Source of the DNA: Massalongia carnosa
Taxonomy: Eukaryota
Reading direction: 5' to 3'
DNA length: 64,000 nucleotides
Assembly (NCBI GenBank): GCA_965645245.1
Contig: OZ287079.1
Span: forward strand, 868,001-932,000
Each line of letters begins with the position of its first letter. The first letter of the stretch is position 1. A model generated the notes under the pieces. That model searched no databases and had not been told where the DNA came from. It saw only the letters and a program-made list of their open reading frames with translations. A program made the position numbers and the translations under genes. This document shows, piece after piece, positions 14,210 to 26,757 of the stretch.

Positions 14210-16572
14210 TATCTACACCACTACAACACAGATTTTTCGCATGCAAAGTTGGTAAAATCACGAAATACTTTGCCTTCAGTCGTTACGGATATAAATTTGA
14301 TCTTTCTCATATACCAGCTGGAAGGCAGGATCACAAGAAAACTAGGGTGTTGATAATAGGAGAATCTATTGTGCAAAGCAGTGGATCGAATCTCGATGGC
14401 TGAGAGAACTGCGGTCGGAATACCTAAGGTGAGGAAACTGAAGGTTTCGTTTCCTGGGTCGTTTTGATACAACTAGGGTCAAATAAAGATTTCTTATCTC
14501 TTGAATTGATATTAACTATGTTTCGAGGTGTGATGGGTTCCCCCCCCCCCACAACTCCTTTCCTTCCTTTCCCCTTCCTTTTTCCCTCGCCACTTTCTTC
14601 CTTCCTTAACCCTTTTTAAAAAGCCCCCCCTAAACTACCGCCCTTTCCCCCTCAAAAGGCATTTCGAAAAACAAGATCAGAAACCCATTTGAAAAAAGGA
14701 AACCAAGGCTTTCCTGCCTTCGGACAAGAAAATAGAGATGTTTCTATGAAGTAGTTTGAAACACGCATAACATCGAAATGGATTATATTAAACATTTCCT
14801 CATTAGAAAAAAGGGTTTTTGTTTTTCGATGCTTGCTGATGGATTCTCTTTGGGATCTAATACCGGGACACCCCTTTTCACTATCTTGACACCCTTATTC
14901 TTTACATTAACACCCTTATTTTTCTCGCGTCTTCTACTTCCGCTTTCGCGACACTCTGTCTCGTTACCTTCTCTCTTTTCCACATTTCCAATCTCATATT
15001 ACCAACAACAAAACATCATTATTTTCTTCAATCATCGCTCATCCATCATTAACATCGTCTTTATTTTCATTATTTTTATCTCATCTTTCCACAATCCCCA
15101 TAAGTAAGCATTAGAGAAGGAGAGGCGGAAGGGGTGAAGATGACGAAAATAAGAAATTCTTATCCCTAAATTTTAAGAACGTTCTTTCAACTCGCTTTTG
15201 TTTTTGTTAGAGTCGAGAGCGGGGGATATCCGGGATGATAGTGATAATGATGCTTAAGACAGGAACAACGAAACATTCATCCATGCGTCTATGGAGGTAT
15301 CCTAGCTTATCTACCCAACTATCTGTCTGTCTGTCTGTCTGCCCATCTTATCCCACATCAACTATCACCACTCAACACCCACACAAATATATGTTCACCA
15401 TGAAAACCTAGATATTACCAGCATCCAGCATCATCATGATGGCCAGCATCAACACCGACGTACCAACTATCACACTTACCAACCACATACCAAACCACCA
15501 CCACCACCACCATCCACACCCCTAACCCCTAACTCCAACCCCACCTTCCACATCTCTCGCTCTCCAGATTAATTTGATGGTAATAGAGGCAGATCAGCCA
15601 GCCAGCCAGCCAGACAGCCAGACCAGAAATAAATACCTAGATATAGAGATGGAGCGGGGAAAAAAACGGAAACTGTATGTCTAGTTTAGGTATCGACCTA
15701 AGTCCTAAATTCCACCGTTCGTCCCGCACGGCTAACACTCAGAACCCCGCTCCCTTTTTTGAAGGGGTTCCCTACTCCTCACAAACTCCTCACACAACCC
15801 CCGCTTTTGGGGTTTTCTTGCGTATGTACATATCATCCTTCATCCCTTCCTCCTTGCCTATCCAATCCTCTGTTTTCCCCCTCTCTGCCTCTCCTTTATC
15901 CCCAACCCTCTCCCTCTCCTCCCTTCTACAGTAGAGAAGGCCCTTTTACTCATTATCTTTCATGGACGCCCTTCCTCCTGTCCTGGCTTTTCGGATCGGC
16001 CGCTGAACTTTTGTGGGCCTGAGGATCTTTGAGGGAGGGACCCTAATCGATGAATAATGAGATGGAGTTTACGGTGGGTTTTCGGGAAGGGAGGGTGGGG
16101 AGAGAAAGTTGAGGGATGGAGGAAAGGGGAGAAGTGGCAAGGATTAAAGTCGCGTGTATGCGGAAAGTCGAAAAGAGTATAAATATTCACTCCAGAAATA
16201 AGACGGCATGCGCGTTACTCTAGGTTATGCTTGAAGGATCGCCAGCGCTGTCATGTGTGGTGATCGTCGTTTCTCATAACTATCCCTGCTTATGGAAGAT
16301 ACCCACCGAGACAGAGGATAGAAAAGTAGACATTGCTTCATGATCTCATAAACCCTCTGCTTCCCTGTCTAGATATCCTTGAGCTAGATATTGGAAAGGT
16401 AAAACGACACCGCTAGAAAAGCCCTGTTGGTTGAACAGTCCCCCTCTTTGCCAGATCCACCCCATACGTCCTGATGGCTGAAAAGGACCACTCGGGCGAC
16501 AAGCCAAGCGCGCTCTTCTGGTACCGCCAGACGAGAAATGAGATTCTGATTGCCGGGAGGGTGTAGAGACAA

Positions 16573-18118
16573 CTAATCTTCTTCGGCAGCTGTCTTGACC
16601 GCCTTGCCCTTTGCTTTGATGTCCCCAACGTCTTCCCCGGTTTCCAAACCCTTGAGCGCCTTTTGCACGAATCTGACTGAGTAACTGTAGCCGCCGGCCT
16701 TTACTACAGCATCCAATATTTTTTTATATTTCTCAGCATGAAACTCTGCCTCAATGGCGTCTTTAGCGGCTAGAAGGCGCTCCTCCTAGAAAATGAGAAC
16801 AGATTAAACTGATTAGCCGACCGAAAAGTGCGCCAAAACCTCCTTGCAATCAAAGGAAAATGAATCACGTACATCACCTTCGCGCAGATACTCCAAGTTA
16901 TCTTTGATACGAGAATAGCGATTTGGCAGCGTACTACCTCCAACAGAGTGACCGGTAAGCGCCTCCCAGGCTTTACGAATCTCATCCCAGGGCTTTGCTT
17001 CGTCCCTCATAGTCACAAGCGTCCGATCTACCTCATCGGCCATGGCCCATGATGTTGGAATGCTACGGGCTGGAGTAATGGCTTGCTTGGGGGCATTGCG
17101 CTTGCGCTTGGGGCTCTCTCCATCGTTTAGGATGTTCTCATCATCATTCGTAACAACGTCTGCAGATATATTCTGCGAGGCACCGGGCCCAACATCTTCG
17201 GTATCAGTTTCTTCAACCCGATTTGATTTTGCCTTGGGCTTGGCCCGAGCAGATTTTTTAGCTGTTGAGGTTCTCACTCCTTCCATGGCTTCGGTCTTGA
17301 TGTCTTTACCCTCCACTAGAGTAGAAACATTCTTTTTGTTTCCAGAATCATCCCCATTTTTTGTATCGTTCATGGCCGGCTTCTCTTCGGTAGGTGCAAG
17401 CTTCCGATTAAGCTTTGGAATTCCACCGCCTTCCATATTTTCGGCTACATTGTCCTTGGCCTTAGCTCGGGATTGCTTCTTGTTAACTTTCGGAGAGTTG
17501 TTACTATCGACGGATTCAATCGGACCGTTCTTGGCTTTGGATGGAGAACGTTTTTTCTTAGGTTGTTCGGAGTCTTCGTCGTTGTCCACTGCACCACGTT
17601 TCTTTAGGGTGACCTTCGTATCATTTGCGTTTGGCTCATCTTTCTTCTATAAAAATCACCATCAGCTTCTTATGATAGACTTATGTCACACTAGATGGGG
17701 GTGTCTTGAAATATCCCAAGTGATAAATGCATCACAAGTCTTCGATGTAATTTGGATATCTTCAACTCCAAGTCCCCGCTAATCATCAATTCCACATGAT
17801 GATTGAAAGGATCTTCATGCTAACTAACAATGTGATAGCTTATTGTAGCAGAGAACAAAGTAATAGACCACAAGAGAAGGTAGAACGCAGTATTCTTCCA
17901 CATACCTCTTCATATGGTTCCATATACAGAGCTGCAACCGCTAGAGCGTTGAGAGGAGTGAAATAGGCATCTTCAGAGCTCTTATAACTTATGTCCTCGT
18001 TGACAGCTTCGGTCTTGATGATCTGACTGGATTTTGTATTTCCACCACTTCCATCGGTGACCTTGTCAGCTACATCATCAAGAAGCTTGTCCATGAATTT
18101 AGGAGAGTCGGACATCAT
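16573..18118 (-). CDS. Hypothetical multi-exon nuclear protein with C-terminal Myb/SANT-like helical domain
   Basis: A Lys-rich low-complexity exon ends ...DEVDRTLVTMRDEAKPWDEIRKAWEALTGHSVGGSTLPNRYSRIK...EGD and splices to EERLLAAKDAIEAEF...AAEED* (stop 16573-16575). The 5' exon MMSDSPKF...PYEE ends at a GTATGT donor. The internal small exon near 17690-17778 is uncertain. Confidence 0.65.
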
Positions 18119-20268
18119 GAACGTATGAACGCTGAAGGATTGCTTTTTCAATGGTGATAGACCAGGGATATGATGATATGGGAGAAGTTTATGGTTTTAG
18201 TAAGAAAACGGGAATTGAATGTATAGTTCGGGAGGGTTGATCGTAACAACTTAAGACGGTTGATCTTACCGTGAAATCACGATCTCGAGAAGCCCAGAAT
18301 GAAGCAGTCAAGAACAATAACGCGCCGCGCCGCGGTATAAAGAGAACCAGCGGGACGACAATGACAATAGGGGCGAGGGCATTGACAAAAGTGGATTATT
18401 CACCCATCAAAGAAATCGCTTCAACATTCATCGGCACTTATTCATGATTCTTAAAGACAGCATATGGCATTCTTGCTCTTGTGGTGGTATTGATTATGAT
18501 TTCCATTGTACTCGTACGTGTGGCCATTCTCAAACATAATGCTAGGCCGTTCACAGTACCGAACTCTTCTCCCCCCCAATCATTCATCGGGACCGCTTCT
18601 TTCGGAAAACATATTTCCATTATTTGTTGCCGATGAGTTTAATTATCAGATGTTTTGCACCAGTATCATAAAGGGGGAAGTAGCATCCATAGAGTGAGCT
18701 CCGTGGTGGAAAAACGGGGAGGCAGGCTTTCTTGGAGGTTAAAAGGAAGCACGGCATGTGCCAACTAGCAATCACCCAGACAGACACAGCGATGCTTCAG
18801 CATGATATAGCTGACTAGATTTAGAAACAAGGCCACAGAGGTGCTCGAGTTTGCGCCGTGGAAGGTTTGGGGAATGTAATGCTTGGATAGAGGGATACTC
18901 ACGTGACTGCAGTGCGCTTTTGGGGGTTGCCGCGGATGACTCTCTCATCTTCCCACTCCATCTAAAACCGAGGAGAGCGAGGAAGTTTCTGGATCTATAT
19001 CTGGGTCTACGTCTAGATTGGTGTTGGAATTATACTTGTTGCTACTACATTGGATTAATCTGCCGGATTGGAACCTTTAAATCCTAGACTTACTCAAAAA
19101 TTTACCGTACCTTGACTTGGGCTTCTCTTTCCATGGATTCTATCTATCCTAGACTATGCAAACCTAGACTATTTAGGCTCCCTTGATCTGGACTCCTAGC
19201 CCATTTTCTCTTCGTTTTAAATGGATTTTTTGAAGTTCCTAGAAAAAATATATTACATTATACTAACAATCGAAGAATCCCTCAGTCTCAATATGTAATT
19301 AAAGTCATCAAAGAGGATTTCACGAGCCGGAAGGCTGCCACCATCCGAAGAGTTCGGCTTTCCATCTTTCATTTCACCTGGTAACAACCACATCCCATAG
19401 CCTCTCTCGAGGACTCTACCGCCTAGCAAATGCGACAAGTCATATGCATTGGCTCATGGTGAACAATCAAGTCCAAAGCAATTCTTCTAAACTTTAAGCA
19501 GGAATCATGTTTGCTGTCGCTCACCCCGGAAGATCCGCCGCACGGAAGGAACTGTAAAACTTTCCCGTGCTTTGACTCATCTTTTGCTATTTGCTGCCCA
19601 ACCGAGGAATGCATCGAGCTTTCCAACCTTCGAAATAACATACAAGCAAACCTGGAGTTGTCCGGATGGTCTCATAAACGTACAGATCTATCATTTAGGT
19701 ACTGAGTGTCTGTGCGTCTTTCTTCTTCAGTCCTCCGAGTTTCCATCGATTTGATAGTTGTTGTTTCCGTCTACCGTATTTTTGCATTTTATGTAGGGCG
19801 GCAGCGGGCAGGTGCTTTTCTAGGCCCAGATCCTCGCCTACAGCACTGTTTCGTCTCCGAAGTCTAATTGTATACCAGTATATATTTTCTTTCCGTCGAG
19901 CAACAATAGCTTGGGAAATACTGAATGTATATTCTTCATGGCCTGTTGTGTAAATGATATTTACCATATAGCTCAGAGATATTTTATGTTTGTCATTTTT
20001 GCGGAGCCTTGGGTGTTACGCATTCCTTAATAATAAGACGAGCAAACAATGCATAGCCTGATGTATCTCTATTTCGCCCCTCACCGTCAAACATCGCTCG
20101 CTCGAGCAGTTGTTTGCCTCTCAACTTAAAAGAAACACTTCTCCTGTTCTTCGCCCTGGATTTGCTGGTTCACAGTCATTACCTTTCGATTTTATTTCCA
20201 AGCTTTGCCTTTGCCTACGCCAACATCAATCACATCAGCAACTCTTTCCCGGTACTTAACTTAGAGAC

Positions 20269-21348
20269 ATGGTACCTCTGCACTATCGCAATTTGACCAA
20301 CATCATCGTCAGCGGCAAAATTAGGCACATTAGCATAATCACACTTTCTAGATACCTACCTGAATTATGGCGTTTGATGCATGATTACCCTTATCAGCGC
20401 CTCGACCTTGACGATTCACTCAACCTCCATCATGACAAGTACGGACGCCAAGCCTTGCGCTTCCTCTTCGAGTATCTCGACGATGTCAACAAACTACATG
20501 GAGAATCAACAGCGCTTACGGATAGGTTGGAGTCGTCTTGGAAGAACACCCGTCGCGGGAGCGATCAAACCATCAAGTTATTCGACGGGTTCGGGCGCAT
20601 TCTGGGCGTGTTGGGATGCAACACGAAGATCGTGTCAGCCATGACGGGGTTTCTCATTCATCGTTGCGCAGAAATCGTTCACGGCTCGCCAACCAATTGG
20701 ATCAGCTACATTAACGCGCTAGAAGACATGGGAGCTGACAAATCGAACATGGCTACGATCCTCGGCTTCATCCTAAAAGAACGAACAATCAGTCACGTGG
20801 AGCTTCAACGCTTGGCCTACAACGACGACCTATACCCGGACACAATTCATCTATTGGCACGATTAATGCATAGCCGAGGTGAGCGCCAACGTCGATCTCT
20901 CGAGCATGTAGCGTGCTGCCCACGAAAACGCAATCTCGGCCTTTCCGAGCACAACCTGAGCCATCGCAGAGGCTTCCTAGGCAACGGCATCCATCATGGA
21001 GGTATCCTAATCGACGAGCCGGAATTCCGCCATGAGAGATACTGCCAATGTCGTGATGATGACGACAACGGATTTCGACGCGGAAGGCGCGCCCAGTGCC
21101 CTGATTGCGGCAGGGCCATCACTAACCCTCGCAGCGCGTTGTTCCACCGCAACCACAACAGTCGCCACCAGCCACGACTGTTCGGAGGTCGGCACATCTG
21201 CGGAGGACCACAATGGCTCAGTGTGGGCTCCGCCACGGGTTCCGATCTCGAGGATTACTATAGCGACGATGATGATCAGGTGTGGGAGAATCGCCAGACG
21301 CACTCCATCCATCCAGGATTCGTGCAGGAGGAATTCGTGTTACGATGA
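20269..21348 (+). CDS. Hypothetical protein, 359 aa
   Basis: Uninterrupted 1080-bp ATG-initiated ORF with a helical-looking N-terminal half and a His/Arg/Cys-rich tail (QCPDCG). No family recognised. Confidence 0.6.
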   Translation: MVPLHYRNLTNIIVSGKIRHISIITLSRYLPELWRLMHDYPYQRLDLDDSLNLHHDKYGRQALRFLFEYLDDVNKLHGESTALTDRLESSWKNTRRGSDQTIKLFDGFGRILGVLGCNTKIVSAMTGFLIHRCAEIVHGSPTNWISYINALEDMGADKSNMATILGFILKERTISHVELQRLAYNDDLYPDTIHLLARLMHSRGERQRRSLEHVACCPRKRNLGLSEHNLSHRRGFLGNGIHHGGILIDEPEFRHERYCQCRDDDDNGFRRGRRAQCPDCGRAITNPRSALFHRNHNSRHQPRLFGGRHICGGPQWLSVGSATGSDLEDYYSDDDDQVWENRQTHSIHPGFVQEEFVLR

Positions 21349-23690
21349 GCTATCGGGGAAAAGCGGTGGAAGCGCTGGGCAATCATCTCACTCTGCAGAC
21401 CATTGAAGACGTAGCAGAGCAGTGTGGTGTACGGAGGTATTTTTTTTTTGCAAAGATTTAAGGACCGCGTTGGGAGTTGAAAAGGGAATTGATCGACTCT
21501 GCATGTTTTTTCCAACAAATGTCCCCCCCCCCCCCTTCACAAACCGAATCAGAGTTTTCTTCTTCTCCCAACCCTGCCCCGACCCTCTCGTCAATATTGT
21601 CTTTAGACCACAAATACCATAATTACCCCAAACAACGATAAAATCAGTCCGATTTTCTTCCCTCCGCAAGCCCCTTTTCCAAAGCACGCACCTACATATG
21701 TACCCTCTTAAAGACCAGTCTCCCCCAATCCGCCTCCTCTCAGAGCTCCAGAAATGGGGACATATGGAAATTCACGATGTCGGGACAAACCGTTTCCAGA
21801 ACTGTTGACTAGTAGCGTTAGGATCATTTTTTCGGGGAGGGGGGGTTGGATTCGCCCCTGTCCCTTCCCCCTTCCTGCCTTGGGATTCAAATCTAGTTCC
21901 GTGTCGTATCCTGCCCTCACTCCCTCAAGCCACTTATAATGCACTACCCTGTCAATAACCCCCCCCCCCCCCCCCCCTATATCAAGACATAGAACAACAA
22001 CCAGTATCCAACAGGCACTTGATAGCTAGAGAGATACAGATCGAGATGAGGTTCAGAACCAAATTCGTTGAGGGGGGAGGTAGCAGTAAATAAATGAAAT
22101 ATAATTAGTTAAATATAGAGAGAGTTACCTATATGTATATTCAACCAAGCTAGCTGGCTGAGGGTTTATTTGGGTAAGACTCGGGGGTAACGTTAGGTGA
22201 GCTTTATCGTCGTTGACTAACTAACCAGTTTACCAGATAAGGGAATGAAGGAAGGAATGAATGCCGCAGTGTTAGCTGACGGTGATTTGTTTTATCTTTT
22301 GAAGATAAGGAGAAAAGGGGAAAGGGGTTAGGGGGGTTGGAGAGAGGGAAAGCAAGGATGAATTGGAAAGGGAAATCCTGTAGAGATGTTGGGTGCGGGT
22401 CGGAGATTTGGGTAGAAGGCAGAGTCTTCAAATCGAATTGAAGAAGCTCCGAAGAGGGGGTTGGGAAACTACGTGACAGTATATGTTGTTGCAGGTGAAG
22501 CTCAAGTTTCAGACTGACCAGCGTATGGACGGCTGTTGTTCTCCATTTGACTTACTACGTATGGTATCAAGTAGCTCGCACCTAAGTCTTGGGCGGCGTA
22601 CAGGGAGCCTGGTCCGGAACGAAGCCCTTCCATGCCTATTTTAAAAGGTGAGGGCGCTCAGGATATATTTGAAGCCCAATGATGAAGTGAACAACCTTCA
22701 TAATAGCCTTGGGTGAAAGGAGAAATTCTCACCACTGAGAGCTTGAGGCAGCTTTCATGGCTACCGCAAATTACCCGCACAGGTCCTAACGTCTCCCGTA
22801 TGGCTCGAAACGATCGCCCACTCACACGTATCCATCCGTGTACGCGCCGGTGAATGCACCCTAACGGTGAATGGCAATTTCCATACCTGACGAAACGCAA
22901 AGCGGTAGTCTTGCGCGACGGGTCATTGGGGGGTTTTTTTTGGCAAGCGGGTGAAGGGGAAAGAAAAGTCGGCTTGGATGGAAATTTTCCTCTTGCCGGC
23001 AGGAAGAGCGCTGTTCGCGAGTCCACCGGTTCAAGGGGCGATGGGAGAATCGTAGCATGGTTCGAGGATATCCTCCATGACGCTTCGAAGCACGGCGTCA
23101 TAGGTATGGGCCTTCTTTGTGAAACCAATCATGATTGTGCAATCACTTGGTAAGGTACATTTAGTATTCGTAATATCCGTTGTTTGTGTGGACCGAAGAC
23201 GCTTACCGCTGTGTTGATATAAGGGGGGATCGACCCCAGGCGTCAATACAAGCACTTCGTTTTCTGGGAACTGAAACTAATAGCCTAACGTTGCGACAGT
23301 CTGCCAGACTAAGACTTCCCAAGGTTAGATCACACGTGATTTGGAAGGAGGAAACTCCAACACCGTATCTCCAAGCGCACGCAGTAACGCCGAGGGTGAT
23401 CCTACGACCGGGCAGTTTTCCTACGAGTTGCAAAATCTCCATGCCAGACTAAAACATGGCAATACATGAAGAAAGCTGCTCTTTTTTCACGTTTGGGCTT
23501 TTTTCTCTTTCCATCAGCTGCTCTTGTAACAGCGTAATATGCTCGCCATCCCAGGAGCCTTGTTCCATAAAATTTTGTCCAAGGATGGAAATTTCGAAAG
23601 AGCCATAGACAGCAGCTATTGATGATTTCAAAGTCAACGATTGCATGATTCCCGTACTGATGCCGACAACGTAGAGTTGTCAACGAGTCT

Positions 23691-24152
23691 CTACTTACTT
23701 TGGGGATTTCCAGAGGACGCTTCAAAACTCACACACATGTCAATGGTCTGGAACCCCCCCACGTCTTTGCGTGATACACAGGTGAGAATCAAAGCGCTTG
23801 CCTTATCTTGCATTCCCGTCTCGGTATATTTGGAATCCAGAATCAATTCGCTTTCACCAGGAGATGCTAAGATAACCATTTTGGACCTTAAATCTCCTAG
23901 GGCTTGGTAGATAAGCGGCAGCTTGTGTTTTGTGTCTGCGATGCCCGGTAAATTCGTGGTGTAGTATGTAGTCCAGACATCGTTAGAGGGCCTTTCACGG
24001 ACCGCACCATAGCATGGCAGTCCCGACACCCGTCCGTACATAATATCACATTTGATAAGATCATACCCTGAAATAGCTAAATAGCCATATCGAGCGTCTC
24101 GTAAGACTTGACAACACACCAATGGTAGCAAAAGGAGATGCCAATGTGGAAA
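23691..24152 (-). CDS. Hypothetical small secreted protein (3' part uncertain)
   Basis: MFPHWHLLLLPLVCCQ resembles a signal peptide, followed by a Cys-containing region (CDIMYG...PCYGAV). The ORF may be spliced downstream. Confidence 0.35.
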   Translation of the reverse strand, partial: FPHWHLLLLPLVCCQVLRDARYGYLAISGYDLIKCDIMYGRVSGLPCYGAVRERPSNDVWTTYYTTNLPGIADTKHKLPLIYQALGDLRSKMVILASPGESELILDSKYTETGMQDKASALILTCVSRKDVGGFQTIDMCVSFEASSGNPQSK

Positions 24153-24350
24153 CATGGGCAACATTTTCAAAGTTCTCTAAGAAACAATACTTGTACAAGT
24201 CCATAGAGTTTGAGCGACTTTAAAGACGATATCGGGGAAAACTGGCATATGATGTTGGCTTTGGATGAAGGACAGAGAATGACAGTAGTGCCAACAGACA
24301 TAAATCTCCCTAATTTATTCATCATTTTGACCTGCCCACCAACGAATGAT

Positions 24351-24398
24351 AGGTTTCGACGACAGGTTTCGACGACAGGTTTCGACGACAGGTTTCGA
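24351..24398. repeat. 13-bp tandem repeat (AGGTTTCGACGAC) x ~3.7
   Basis: Three perfect units plus a partial unit, directly visible. Confidence 0.9.
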
Positions 24399-24932
24399 GA
24401 ATATTGCCCGTGAAAAGCGAGTCAGGGTATGAAACTAATACAACCATAATTTAGAAGCTTATCGAGATCTTTCGAAGGATGAATAATGAAGCCCGAAAGG
24501 CCGCACATCAACTCTGCGCCTGAGTGGTTTGGGCTCGATCTCGTAAAGGTCCTTGATCACCCGAACTGCCAACTCCCAACTATCAACTATCAGGCTTGTC
24601 AGCTAAGACTTTCTGATGACTGCGCATACTCGTTACGAGCGATCTCGATATAGAAGCTGATACCTATAAAGTCGGGTAGAAATGAAAGTGAAGAGATGGA
24701 ATGAACGATGATGCTTAATAAGGAAGAAATATACGTGGTTCTAAGGTCATGTGACCCGGCTCGCCGTGACGGGATAAGTGATTCGTCGCCCTCCATCTCC
24801 ATCACCCATAGGTTTCCCTGTCTTTCGGTCTTGTTGCATGGCGTACATTGAAACTTCTTACTGTTAAAGACGAATAACTACATCATGTTACTCGGGGGGG
24901 TTTTTTTTAAAAGGTTTTCAGAGTACAGAGTA

Positions 24933-26456
24933 CGAGAAAGTGCCATCTCAGACCTGAGATGTTTCGAATGAAAAAATCTAATTTACTACTACTTTTCATT
25001 TACTTACTATTTGGCTTGCTATTTTTTCATGCGAATCTCAAAATATCTCTGATTTCTGCTCCGGACATGCTTCGCTTCGCTCCGCAACGGCCCTACGCTA
25101 TCTCCTCCTTGGCACCCGCCAAAGCATCTGTCAAAGCATCTTCCAAATAGTCTCCCAGATAGCCTCCGCTGATTTTTATAAGGCCCCACATCTAGCCCTT
25201 AAATAGCCTTTCAAATAGTCTCCGCTGCTTTTCAAATAGACTCCCAGATAGCCTCCCAAAAGCCTCCCAAAAGCCTCCCAAAAAGCCTTTCAAATAGCCT
25301 CTCAAATAGCCTTTCAATTATCTTCCAAGTATCTCTCAAATATCTCCCAAATAGTCTCCCAAATATTCCCCCAAATAGCTATCAAATAGCCTCCCAAATA
25401 GTCTCCGCTGCTTTTCAGATAGTATCTCAAATAGCCTTGCATAAAGCCTCGCATAAAGCCTCCCAAATAGCCTCCCAGATAATCTTCACCGCTTTCAAAT
25501 AGTCTTCCAAATAGCCTCCCAAATAGCCTTCCAGATATTCTGCTTAGCTATCAAATAATATCCCAAATAGCCTCCCAAATAGCTTTCCAATTAGCCTCCC
25601 AAATAGTCTCCCAGATAATCTCCGCTGCTTTTCAAATAGCCTTTCAAATAGTCTCCCAAATAGTTTCCCAAATAGCTATCAGATAGCCTCTTGAATAGCC
25701 TCAATATCTATCTCCCTCGTTATCAATTTTCTTTTTTCGCCGCTTTTCGCATAGCTTCTTTAGCTTTTTGGTCTCGTGCATCTTGAATTCGTCTATATTC
25801 TCGAAGCTGTCGATAATGAGACACTCTAGAAGCGTAAAATTAATCGACTCCGTTTCTCCCTTCCAACCCGATTTTCTATTATATGTCGTTTGACGTGATT
25901 ATAAGCTCGTCCGTCTCGAGTCTTATCTATATCATCGTCAATTTTTTTCGTCAAAGTATCTTCCGTTAATATTCCTGTATCGAGTTCACGTTGATATTCA
26001 GCGGGTGAAAGGAGCTGCGATGAAAAGGCTAGGATGAAAAGAGCTGCGATGATAGGTAAATAACACGAAAAGCACCGTAAACCCAATCGAGATCGAGTCC
26101 GCGCTAAATCTCTTATGGACGATTTCAAAGAAAATCTGATGCTTCGCAAAGAGACCTCCTCCCCCCACCGCAAACGGGCGAAAAAGCACGCAAGTTTCGA
26201 GATATCGACTATGGTTGATGTGATTAGTAGGTCTGCAAAGTTTTACGATATCATATGATGAAATGCATGCTCGCAATGAGGTGCTTCTTTTTGGTCCTTT
26301 CCGTACGGCGTCCTCTCCGCATTATTTGATAACTCAGTACTGTTCCGCAAGCCGCGTTCCCTTTTTCGGGTTAAATCTAACCGCATGAGGTTTGATCTAA
26401 CCGAATGAGGTAGTGTTGCCCAAAGTAGCAGGGGACCTCTTTCAGTACTATATAGA
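24933..26456 (-). mobile_element. Non-autonomous Helitron (element B, 1524 bp)
   Basis: On the minus strand it begins TCTATATAGTACTG at 26456 and shares ~150 bp of 5' end with element A. It ends with the hairpin ATCTCAG-GT-CTGAGAT (24945-24960) 12 nt before terminal CTCG, followed by host T. Confidence 0.8.
25141..25702. repeat. Degenerate 12-bp minisatellite (CCAAATAGCCTC)n inside Helitron B
   Basis: Dozens of 11-12-bp variant units over ~560 bp, with a recurring TCTCCGCTGCTTTTC spacer near 25220, 25403 and 25620. Confidence 0.9.
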
Positions 26457-26757
26457 CGAGACCGTGCCATCTCAGAACTGAGATTTTGGAACCGGTTTCA
26501 AGTTTTTACGATCGATACAATTCGTAAAAGGTTGTAAATTTAAAACCACGTATGCAATACAAAATTATCTATTTAATTTCAGGATTGAAATGGAAAAATT
26601 GAAAACTTTTCTTAAATTTTCTAAAACTTACGACTTGCGAAATTAGCGGAAAATGTCACACTTGATGACCCGGACGATAAATTTTTGATAACACAATAAA
26701 CTTGCTGTCTATTTTGCAATTGAATACATTTTCTAAGTGACATGATACCCTATATCA

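Noticed and set aside
14520..16200. Purine/pyrimidine-skewed low-complexity intergenic tracts (also 21500-22450 and 33100-33900)
   Set aside because: Simple-sequence DNA between genes, with no termini, periodic unit or coding signal.
11130..17782. Long antisense ORFs (11130-11708, 12466-13035, 17042-17782; also 6287-7033 and 6756-7370)
   Set aside because: Shadow frames of genuine genes on the opposite strand, with no motifs of their own.
19253..19967. Chain of short minus-strand ORFs as a gene
   Set aside because: No consistent splice model or recognisable motif; possibly a decayed gene but unsupported.
22675..22742. ATGATGA...CTGA as a box C/D snoRNA
   Set aside because: Weak terminal stem and no rRNA/snRNA complementarity I could recognise. 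An Infernal or snoscan search would be needed.
24351..25702. 13-bp and 12-bp arrays as CRISPR-like repeats
   Set aside because: No unique spacers, units too short, no cas genes, and eukaryotic context.
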